From IMG/VR virus record IMGVR_UViG_3300037485_001485, positions 8,989-72,988 of that record: a stretch of 64,000 bases of DNA. The stretch is one strand, 5' to 3'. The DNA comes from a virus. Under the pieces are notes generated by a model that was given only the letters and a program-made list of their open reading frames with translations, had not been told where the DNA came from and did no database searches. This document shows positions 1 through 7,833 of this stretch, one piece after another (within the stretch, counting starts at the first letter, position 1; each line of letters begins with the position of its first letter). The position numbers were made by a program, and so were the translations under genes.

Positions 1-119
1 CCGTCCGCGTAGGTCACGGCGGTCCCAAGCGTATACACCGCGTCCAACGCCGAGTTGATCGAGGATACCGTGTGGTTGAGCGCGCCAACGTACTTCCAAT
101 TGAGCGTGGGGAGAGCCAT
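1..119 (-). CDS. partial hypothetical (probable structural) protein; N-terminus MALPTLNWKYVGALNHTVSS, runs off the window
   Basis: ATG (cat 117-119) overlaps the TAA of the upstream gene (TAATG coupling); open to the window edge. Confidence 0.7.
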   Translation of the reverse strand, partial: MALPTLNWKYVGALNHTVSSINSALDAVYTLGTAVTYAD

Positions 120-580
120 TATGCGATCACTCCGGCTTCAACGACGGCGGTGGTGGCTACGGGGAGCGCGTCTGCGCCATAGTCCAGATACTCGATGAGT
201 TCCACCCCCGCGATGAGGCTCACCGTCGCGGCGAGCGTCACCCATACCAGAGCGCCGGCCACGCGCGAGAGCACCTGCCCGTCCTGGGTCGCTGCGACGG
301 CTTGCGCGGCGCCGGCCCCGTCGAAGGCCGCGACGGAGGTGACGGTCCCGGTGTGACCCGAGGCCGACCAGCCCAGGGAGGTGAGCGCCGTGTGAGCGGA
401 GACGCCCCCGGCGCCCAGCCACGTCGCCGCGCCGAGGGCGTCGGACGTGCAGAGGTAGAGGGCGTCGGGAGTCGCGGAGGTATCTACCCACGCCGACCCG
501 ACGACGAAGCCCCGGCTGGAGTCGTCGTTCACCGTAGGCGCGGCGGCGCGGACAACCTGCGGGGGGAGACGGTAGCTCAT
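119..580 (-). CDS. fibre/spike-associated virion protein
   Basis: Motif APTVNDDSSRGFVVGSAWVDT...LYLC...GAATW resembles a recurrent module of phage fibre proteins; start MSYRL overlaps the upstream stop. Confidence 0.55.
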   Translation of the reverse strand: MSYRLPPQVVRAAAPTVNDDSSRGFVVGSAWVDTSATPDALYLCTSDALGAATWLGAGGVSAHTALTSLGWSASGHTGTVTSVAAFDGAGAAQAVAATQDGQVLSRVAGALVWVTLAATVSLIAGVELIEYLDYGADALPVATTAVVEAGVIA

Positions 581-939
581 GTGATCCACCAGTTCGTACC
601 GTCGCTCTGGACGGTGATCGAGTCGAAGGTTCCGCCTGCGAGGGCGATGCCGGTGCCCGCCGCCACGCCGTCGATGGTCCCGCCTGCCGAGGTGACAGTG
701 ACCACGTTCGCGGACGTGTTGACGCGCTTCACGGTGTAGGGGCGGCCTGCCGTTACACCCGCGTCATTCGCGGCGGGGAGCTGGATGGTCTGTGCGCCGA
801 CGGGCGCTGCGAGCACCGTGGTCGTCGCCGCCGCCATGACGTAGGGGCTCGCCGAGGTCGTGACGAGGCCGTAGCTGGGGCCGCCGCCGCCGCCGCCGAT
901 GACCGTGTAGCCACTGAAGGGGGGGCGAGCCGTGGGCAT
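577..939 (-). CDS. small fibre-head-like virion protein (MPTARPPFSGY...)
   Basis: TIQLPAA...GRPYTVKRVNTSANVVTV...IDG...SITVQSDGTNWWI resembles a common fibre C-terminal beta domain; true start at 939 by TAATG overlap. Confidence 0.6.
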   Translation of the reverse strand: MPTARPPFSGYTVIGGGGGGPSYGLVTTSASPYVMAAATTTVLAAPVGAQTIQLPAANDAGVTAGRPYTVKRVNTSANVVTVTSAGGTIDGVAAGTGIALAGGTFDSITVQSDGTNWWIT

Positions 940-1283
940 TAGGACGGGCCGATGCTGTTGAGGTAGGTCACGATGCAGTCGCCCGCGCCGCCCGTTGCGT
1001 CGAAGATGAGCACGCGCCCAGGGGGGTCGAAGTTGCCGCCCGCCCGGTTCGTGTTCGTGCCGATGGCGAGGGTGATCGCCCCCGATGCGGGGATCTCCGT
1101 TCCGCCGCCGATGGCGATGGCCCCGCCCGCCGTGCCGATGGCGACGGTGAGCACGTTGGCCCCCCGGTTGTAGACGACCAGGGTGTGCGTGTTCTCGTAG
1201 GGCTGCGGATTCGCCGCGACCGATGTGCCGGGCGCCGCGACTTGCACCCGCTGCGAGTCGAGCGTGTTCGTGGAGATAGCCAT
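939..1283 (-). CDS. small beta-rich structural protein
   Basis: 114 aa, T/G/A/V-rich beta-strand pattern; GAGGAAC RBS before ATG. Confidence 0.6.
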   Translation of the reverse strand: MAISTNTLDSQRVQVAAPGTSVAANPQPYENTHTLVVYNRGANVLTVAIGTAGGAIAIGGGTEIPASGAITLAIGTNTNRAGGNFDPPGRVLIFDATGGAGDCIVTYLNSIGPS

Positions 1284-1493
1284 GTTCCTCTTCTACTCGC
1301 GTGGTCCGTACCGCGCAAAACGTCAAGCGGACGCCGATGGCTGTTGACCTCCCGTTCACCCCTGCGTCCCCTCGCGTTCCGATAAGGATACATTATCGTA
1401 AGTATCATAAAGCACGGTTCTACCTACGTTTCTCACTAAGAAGCCCAGGACGCGGGTGTGAACGCGAAGAACGCCCGGTTTACGCCGCGCGCA

Positions 1494-3248
1494 TCAACGT
1501 GCGCGTCGTCGCACAAGGAGCGGGGAGGCGGCAGCACGGCGCGGCGGGGTGCGCTTCAGCGCGCGGTAGGCCGCCGAGCGGGCGCGTTGGGTCGTCGCCG
1601 GCTTCCCGGCGACCATCCCGAAGTCGGCGGCGAGCCGGGCCGTGCGGAGCGTTCCAGGGACGAAGGCGCCCTTCGCCCGGATCTCGATCCGCACGGTGTT
1701 CCCCTGCCGGTCCAGCTTGCGCTGGCGATAGCCCGCCGCCCGAAGCGCACGCTGCACGTCGGGGATGGGCCACCGGGTCGCGTCGAACAGGACCGCGTGA
1801 ACGATGCGCGGGTCGGGCAGCTTGGGCAACGGCAGCGCCGCCGTGGGGTTGCTCGCGACGGTGGGGACGCCGTCCTTCAGCGTCTTCATGCGCTCCCAGG
1901 CGTCCATGACGTTGGGGGCATCAACGTGTTCGATGGTGGCGGTGCCGATGTGCGCTGCGACGATTCCGCGCTTTGCATCTACAATCTCGCCGATGCGCTC
2001 GTCAATGGTGTCGTCGGCGTGGAGATACCAGATCGTCGTCGGGCGCGTCTGCCCGATGCGGCGGATGCGATCTTCCGCCTGCTCCTCAGCCGCCGGGGTG
2101 TACCACCGCTCTAAAAACAGGAGGTGGCGAGCCTTCGTCAGCGTGATGCCTTCCTTCGCGGCCATGCTCCCCAGGAACAGGGGCACCTTGCCCGCTTGGA
2201 AGGCGTCGATGGCGACCTGACGCTGTTGCCGCGAGTGTGTGCCGTCGAGCCGGACGAACGGAATGGACAGGCGGGACAGGGCTTGACCCAGGAGATCGAG
2301 CACGTCGGAGAACATGCCGAAGATCACGACGGGCTCCCCCCGCTTGACCATGTTCGCGGCCCACGCCGCCGCACCGGGGACTTTGCCGCGCCCGAGGATG
2401 CGCCGGAGGTAGGCCACCTTCGCCAGCGGTTCCGCCGCCAAGGCGCGCGTCGCCGCGCTCTCCGCAGCCGCCGCGTCCTCCAGCACGCGAGGGAGGTAGT
2501 CGTCCAGCCACTCGCTGAACTCCTCCTTGGCCTTGTCGTACTCCATGCGAATGTCGTCGGGGATCGTCGTCTTCAGGGTGACCCGGCGCTTCGGCGGGAT
2601 GTCGGGTGCCACGTCCTCCAGCAGTCGCCGCAACATGACCGGGGGCGTCGGCCCGAACATGCTCCGCAGCGTCTCCAGTTCGTCGGCGTGGTTCACCAGC
2701 GGCGTGCCCGAGAGGAGCAGGACGTGCGGCGCCGGGGCACAGATCGCCTGCAAGGCCCGTCCCCGCTGCGTCTCCTCGCCGGCCTTCGCGTAGTGCGCCT
2801 CATCCGCGACGATGCACCGGAAGCCCCGAGAGAGGAGGTCAGGGAGCCGCGCCGCGAGCACGTCCCAGGGACAGATCGTGATGTGCGTCCCCTTCGGGAT
2901 GGCGCCGTGAAAGCCCTCGACAACGTGGACCTTCGCGCCGGGAACCCACCGCGCCGCTTCCCGCCGCCAGTTCCACGCGACCGACGACGGGCACACGACC
3001 AGCATCGGGCAGAGCTTCGCGGCGTTTTCCCGCATGGCAACGAGCACTTGCGGCGTCTTCCCGCAGCCGGGGGCATCGGCGAGGAGCACCCGCCAGCCGT
3101 TCGCCGCGAGGAAGTCCACGCCGTCGCGCTGAAACGGCCGCAGCTCCGGCGGGGGCGCTTTCGGGGCGACGCGAGCACGGAGAGCAGACGATCTGGACTT
3201 CGCGGCGTGAGCGAGACGAAGAGCTGCGGTACGGCGGTCAACGGCCAT
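1494..3248 (-). CDS. SNF2-family helicase with an extra C-terminal (Tlr6F-like) domain
   Basis: LRPFQ Q-motif, LADAPGCGKT Walker A, DEAH, SGTP, EGITLT and QAEDRIRRIGQ motifs; start MAVDRR at 3248. Confidence 0.9.
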   Translation of the reverse strand: MAVDRRTAALRLAHAAKSRSSALRARVAPKAPPPELRPFQRDGVDFLAANGWRVLLADAPGCGKTPQVLVAMRENAAKLCPMLVVCPSSVAWNWRREAARWVPGAKVHVVEGFHGAIPKGTHITICPWDVLAARLPDLLSRGFRCIVADEAHYAKAGEETQRGRALQAICAPAPHVLLLSGTPLVNHADELETLRSMFGPTPPVMLRRLLEDVAPDIPPKRRVTLKTTIPDDIRMEYDKAKEEFSEWLDDYLPRVLEDAAAAESAATRALAAEPLAKVAYLRRILGRGKVPGAAAWAANMVKRGEPVVIFGMFSDVLDLLGQALSRLSIPFVRLDGTHSRQQRQVAIDAFQAGKVPLFLGSMAAKEGITLTKARHLLFLERWYTPAAEEQAEDRIRRIGQTRPTTIWYLHADDTIDERIGEIVDAKRGIVAAHIGTATIEHVDAPNVMDAWERMKTLKDGVPTVASNPTAALPLPKLPDPRIVHAVLFDATRWPIPDVQRALRAAGYRQRKLDRQGNTVRIEIRAKGAFVPGTLRTARLAADFGMVAGKPATTQRARSAAYRALKRTPPRRAAASPLLVRRRAR

Positions 3249-3256
3249 GATCCAGC

Positions 3257-3682
3257 CTAACGTGCGGCGCGAAAGACCTGTTCCAGCAGTTCGCGGACGC
3301 TGGGCACGAACCGCATGTGCGGGAGATCGTCCTGGCTGATCCACGCATACCCGTCGCTCTCCCACGTCACGACGGGCTCGCCCTTCCACTTCGTCGCGAC
3401 GAAGGCGTCCAGCACAAACCCTTCGGGGTCGTTCCACGTCGTGAGGTAGCGGAGGTCGGTCGGCGAAAGGCTGATCTCCTCCTCGCACTCGCGGCGAGCC
3501 GCGTCCTCTGCCGTCTCCCCCGCGTCGATCCCCCCGCCGGGGAGGTTCCAGTAGTTCGGCTTCCACGGGGCCGTGATGCCGCGCTTCAGGACGAGCGCCT
3601 GGAGGCGCGGTACGCCCTTCACGGCGCGCTCTTGGACGAGGATGGTGGCAGCGGTGTCGCTGCCGTTGCGGCGCACTTTCAT
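3257..3682 (-). CDS. Nudix hydrolase
   Basis: Nudix box GGGIDAGETAEDAARRECEEEISL; N-terminal MKVRRNG tag. Confidence 0.9.
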   Translation of the reverse strand: MKVRRNGSDTAATILVQERAVKGVPRLQALVLKRGITAPWKPNYWNLPGGGIDAGETAEDAARRECEEEISLSPTDLRYLTTWNDPEGFVLDAFVATKWKGEPVVTWESDGYAWISQDDLPHMRFVPSVRELLEQVFRAAR

Positions 3683-3691
3683 GGGGATCTC

Positions 3692-6600
3692 CTAAACGGG
3701 GCGGCCGACGAGCGCGAGCACGCCGTCGCCGACGGCGCGAGCGCGGATGCTGCCGGGGTAGAAGCCCGCCGAGCCGTAGACCTCGACGCGCCAGTTCGCG
3801 CCGGCCGCCGTGACTTGCACGCCTTCCATCCCCCGCTGCACAAGCCAGTTCCGCACGGCGCCCGGCCCCCACTTCGCGCGGGGGAAGAGGAAGGCGTGGA
3901 CCTCGCGCATCGTGAGCCGCGTCGCCGGGGCGGGGTTGCGGTGGACCGCGATGCCCGCCGCCGGACCCACGGGCTTCGCCCCGGTGGGGTAGGCGGGCCG
4001 CGCCCGAATCCACGCCCACAACTGCGGTTCCGCGAGGCGGGCGAGGTCGTGGACAAGGATCACTTCGGCTTTCAGGGGCTTTTCGTCCACCGTGACGAAG
4101 ACGACGGCGCCTTCGCTCTGAAAGGTAGCGAGCGCACCCCCGCTGATCGTAGAGCCGGGAAGCAGGACGAAGCGCGGGTCGCGCGTGTTTGCCCGCAGGC
4201 AGAACGTGTGCTGGGTGCCATAGCCCCACAGGGGAGCCGACCACTCCGACGCCGTGAACTTGGAGAACGTCGGGTCGTGGTAGTCCACGCAGAACCCCTC
4301 GACGTTCGCCCACGGCTGCGCGGCCCAATTGGGGTACGGCATCTTTCCGTTCCAGCCGTTGCCGCCCTCGATGCGCTGCTTCGTGTTCCAGCCGCGCACG
4401 GTATCCGTGTCAGAGTAGGAGCCGAGCGAGGTCAACTGGCCCGCGTAGGACGACGGGGGCGTGAGGTCGCTCGACGCCTGCCACGGCTGGCCTACGTCGG
4501 CGCGGAACCATCCGCTGCCCGACTTCTGCTTGTTCAGCCACGCCTTCATCGCCCCCCAAGGGGAGATGGCCCCGCTCCCGATGGTGCCCGCCGCCTGCAT
4601 GGTTTCGATCTGCGAAAGCCCATCGGCGTTGACCCGAAGGGACTGCGACGGATCGTTCGTCTGAAGCTCCGTGAAGGAAAGGCCGCGCACGACGCTCCGC
4701 TCGCCGGGGTCGATGTAGTTCTTCCAGAGGCCCGCCGCGCGAGCCGCGACGAGGTAGCGGAGCCACTGCGCGAGGCTCCCCGAGGTTTCGGGGCGAGGTG
4801 TGCCCCCGGAGCCGTACATGCTGCTCAGTTTGATGTCCATCTGGGAGCCGACCTGGGTTCCGGCGCTGGGCTTCGTTCCACTCCCGAGCGCCGCCTTCAG
4901 GGCTTCCGACACCGCCTTGATGATGCCGACTTCTTCGTTTGTGCCCGGTGCAAAGGAGCCATCCGCCGGGTTGCGCTTCCGGGGGAGGCAGTCGTGAAGG
5001 GGCAAGCCCGCCGCTTCCAGCAGTTCCGCGTCCTGAAGGTCACGGAACGACGGGCGCGGGTTGCGGAGCACGTCGCGAACGACGGCGCGGTAGCGTTCCG
5101 GGTTCGACCGGAACCCGCCGAGGATCGCCGGGTTCTTCTTCAGGAGGGGCGACATAGCCGTCGCAGGGATGGGCGGAACGATCTTGCTTCCCATGTAGGG
5201 AATGCCCGTCTGCGCGAGCATCGCCTGCAACGCCTTCGTCGTGAACAGGGCGGCGACGAGCGGGTCGATGCCGAGGGCTTCGGCGAGCATTTCGACCTGT
5301 GCCGATGCCGTCTGTGCCTTGACCTCCGCGTTGTCGATGCGCTTGCCTTCGATCCACTCCTTGTAGGTGCCGCCGTCCTCGACCTTGCCCTTGCCCAAAA
5401 AGAGCAGGTGGACCGCCAAAAGCGTACCCTTGGAACTCATGCCCTTGGCGTCGAGCACGAGCTTCTCCGGCGTGCGCGGAGTCGAGCCGATGACACCCGT
5501 TCCGGGCTGGATCTTCTCGTAGGATCCGCTCGCCAGCCGCACGGCGTAGACCGAGCCGCCCGAAAAGTCGGTGCGGGTCAGGGTGCCGATGGGCAGTTCC
5601 GAGTAGACCGCCAGCGTCGGCGCGACCTGCACGGCAGGCCAGCCGAGGGACTTCGGCGCCGGGAACACGATGCCCTGCTGGGCCGCCGCTTGCGGGTCGG
5701 ACACGGGCTTGAAGTAGGTGTCCCAGCTTGGATAGGCGTAGTAGCGGACAACGCCGCCGACGATGTGCGAGCCGTTGGGCAGCGCCGCGATCTGCGCGTT
5801 CGTGGTCAGTTCCGCGCCCGTGACGATGGGGACGCCGCCCACCACGGTCGGGTCGGGCAGACCGGGGGGCGGCTGGACGTTTACCTTCCCGCCGCTCTCA
5901 TGCGCGTAGACGAGGAAGTAGACCATCGCCTGTGCAATAGTGCTCGCCACCATGCCCGCCGCGTCCGGAACCGCGATGGTGACGATCTTTTCGCTCTGGA
6001 AGATGGAGTCGGCGAAGAAGCCGAGCGTGACGGTGTTCTTGCCCGCTTCCATGATCCGAACCGAGGCGTCGTAGTTCGGCTCCAGCATCATCGAAGCGAA
6101 GCCCGCCCCCACGTCGGTGACCACGCCCTTCACCTTTGACGCCGCTTCCTTGATCAGCGGGGCGAGGAGGGCGAGGTTGTCCCCAACCGAGACGATCTGC
6201 TTGCTCTTCGGGCCGGCGGTGACCGGCGCCGTGACCTCCGCTGCCGCTGCCGCTGCCGCCGTCTTCGGGGCCTTCGGCGCCTTCGGCGCCTTCCCCACCG
6301 TCGAGGGGTCGGAGTAGCCTTCGCCCCACGCCGTCGCGACGCTCTGGCCCAAGGAAGTCACTTCATACGCTTTCTTGCCCGTCGCGGAAGCGCCCGCGTA
6401 GGTGAACAGGCCGAGGTCGGCGAGCTTCGACAAGTAGGCGCCGCGCTGCGGGATCGTGCCCTGGTAGTCGAACGCGCTGCTGGACCCCGAAGAAGCGGCG
6501 TACATCTGTTGCTTTGCCGCTTTCTCCGCGACGTGGCCGAACAGGGCTTTTGTCATAAGGAGCTTCACGGCGTCGCCCTTGATGTAGGCGTGGAGCGCCT

Positions 6601-7831
6601 GCAAGGCCGCGACGACGCCGGGGCTCATCCCGCCTACGGAGGCGGCGGGCGCCGGGGCGGCGGGCGCCGCAGCCGTCGGGGTGGACGTGGCGCCGACGAG
6701 CGACGCCAGCGGGGGCACCGCGAAAACCGCGATGGGCACCTTCAAGTTGGTTTTGTACCAGTCGAAGCCCCCCGGAAGCTCCACGACGGCGGCGGCCATC
6801 TGCGCGAACTCCGCGAACTCCGACTCGACCTTCTGGTTGGACGAATAGGATCCGTATTCGGGATGCAACTCCGACCAATCGCCCACGGAGTAGTGATACC
6901 AGACGGTCTTCTCGCCGTTCGGAGAGAACACGACGAGGACGGTGCCGCTGTCCATGCCAACGGGAAGCGTCTTCCACGCCGTTTTCTTCGGCAGCACCTT
7001 GCCCCACGGCCCCGAAGAGGCGGCGGGCACCGGGACAGCGGCGGGAGGGCCTACCGGCGCGAGATTCACGACGGGGCCGATGTAGCTGGACCCCAGCGAC
7101 TCGGCCTTTCCCGCGTAGAACACGGCCTTGGCCGACGCGCACATCGCCGCGAACTCTTTTTCGGTGAGGTACGTTTCCTTGTAGGCTCCGGGCTGGGTGT
7201 CGGCCGGACCTCCGACCTTGGACCAATCCCCGGATGCGTAGTGGAACCACGCGGTCAGGTCTTCGGCCGGGTCGGTCGAGTAGACGACGAGGATGGCCCC
7301 ACCGCCCTTCTGCACCCGCGTCGGGAGCGCCTGGATCTGCGCTTCGGTCATCGGGGGCAACCACGCCGGGGGCGCGGGCACCGGGGAACCGGGCGCCGCA
7401 GCGGCGGCGATCATCGACGCAAAGGCCACCGCGTCCCACCCCGAGACGCCGAGGTTCTGCACCGTGCCGCCCCCGGCGAGCGCCGCGTCCACGAAGCTCT
7501 GCATCTTTTCTTCGGTGAATGCGGCGCTGGCGTATTCACCGCTCTCCAGATTGATCTGCGACCAATCACCGAACTTGTAATGGAACCACGCGATCTTTGT
7601 CCCGTCGGACGTCGTGACGAGGAGTAGCACGCCCTTCTTGTTGGGATCCCCCGGCAGACCCGCGTCCGGCAGGCTCGTCACGTCCAGCGCAACGAGTGCG
7701 GCGGCGGGCGCCGAGGCGGCGAGCCCAACGAGGGCGAGCAGGCCCTTCGACGTGAGCAACGCCAGGAGGGCGTCCGCGACGCCGCTATCGTAGGGGTTGC
7801 GGCGAGTGGGGCGTAGCTGAGAGGCGCGCAT
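3692..7831 (-). CDS. 1379-aa multidomain protein: three W(F/Y)HY..GDWS repeats, possible ADP-ribosyltransferase-like domain, C-terminal Tlr6F-like domain
   Basis: Long ORF with strong codon bias; internal repeats and five basic-NP motifs seen directly; the enzymatic call is inference. Confidence 0.75.
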   Translation of the reverse strand: MRASQLRPTRRNPYDSGVADALLALLTSKGLLALVGLAASAPAAALVALDVTSLPDAGLPGDPNKKGVLLLVTTSDGTKIAWFHYKFGDWSQINLESGEYASAAFTEEKMQSFVDAALAGGGTVQNLGVSGWDAVAFASMIAAAAAPGSPVPAPPAWLPPMTEAQIQALPTRVQKGGGAILVVYSTDPAEDLTAWFHYASGDWSKVGGPADTQPGAYKETYLTEKEFAAMCASAKAVFYAGKAESLGSSYIGPVVNLAPVGPPAAVPVPAASSGPWGKVLPKKTAWKTLPVGMDSGTVLVVFSPNGEKTVWYHYSVGDWSELHPEYGSYSSNQKVESEFAEFAQMAAAVVELPGGFDWYKTNLKVPIAVFAVPPLASLVGATSTPTAAAPAAPAPAASVGGMSPGVVAALQALHAYIKGDAVKLLMTKALFGHVAEKAAKQQMYAASSGSSSAFDYQGTIPQRGAYLSKLADLGLFTYAGASATGKKAYEVTSLGQSVATAWGEGYSDPSTVGKAPKAPKAPKTAAAAAAAEVTAPVTAGPKSKQIVSVGDNLALLAPLIKEAASKVKGVVTDVGAGFASMMLEPNYDASVRIMEAGKNTVTLGFFADSIFQSEKIVTIAVPDAAGMVASTIAQAMVYFLVYAHESGGKVNVQPPPGLPDPTVVGGVPIVTGAELTTNAQIAALPNGSHIVGGVVRYYAYPSWDTYFKPVSDPQAAAQQGIVFPAPKSLGWPAVQVAPTLAVYSELPIGTLTRTDFSGGSVYAVRLASGSYEKIQPGTGVIGSTPRTPEKLVLDAKGMSSKGTLLAVHLLFLGKGKVEDGGTYKEWIEGKRIDNAEVKAQTASAQVEMLAEALGIDPLVAALFTTKALQAMLAQTGIPYMGSKIVPPIPATAMSPLLKKNPAILGGFRSNPERYRAVVRDVLRNPRPSFRDLQDAELLEAAGLPLHDCLPRKRNPADGSFAPGTNEEVGIIKAVSEALKAALGSGTKPSAGTQVGSQMDIKLSSMYGSGGTPRPETSGSLAQWLRYLVAARAAGLWKNYIDPGERSVVRGLSFTELQTNDPSQSLRVNADGLSQIETMQAAGTIGSGAISPWGAMKAWLNKQKSGSGWFRADVGQPWQASSDLTPPSSYAGQLTSLGSYSDTDTVRGWNTKQRIEGGNGWNGKMPYPNWAAQPWANVEGFCVDYHDPTFSKFTASEWSAPLWGYGTQHTFCLRANTRDPRFVLLPGSTISGGALATFQSEGAVVFVTVDEKPLKAEVILVHDLARLAEPQLWAWIRARPAYPTGAKPVGPAAGIAVHRNPAPATRLTMREVHAFLFPRAKWGPGAVRNWLVQRGMEGVQVTAAGANWRVEVYGSAGFYPGSIRARAVGDGVLALVGRPV

Positions 7832-7833
7832 GG

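Noticed and set aside
3249-4328. N-terminal 360-aa extension of the SNF2 ORF
   Set aside because: Overlaps the Nudix and 1379-aa genes in another frame; the real start is MAVDRR at 3248. The same reasoning was applied to other over-extended track ORFs
3317-6139. 940-aa plus-strand ORF (also 8752-10461, 10834-12630, 16827-19433, 29269-31653, 58853-60847 and similar)
   Set aside because: Antisense shadows of real genes in high-GC DNA; R/G/A/V-rich with no motifs or RBS
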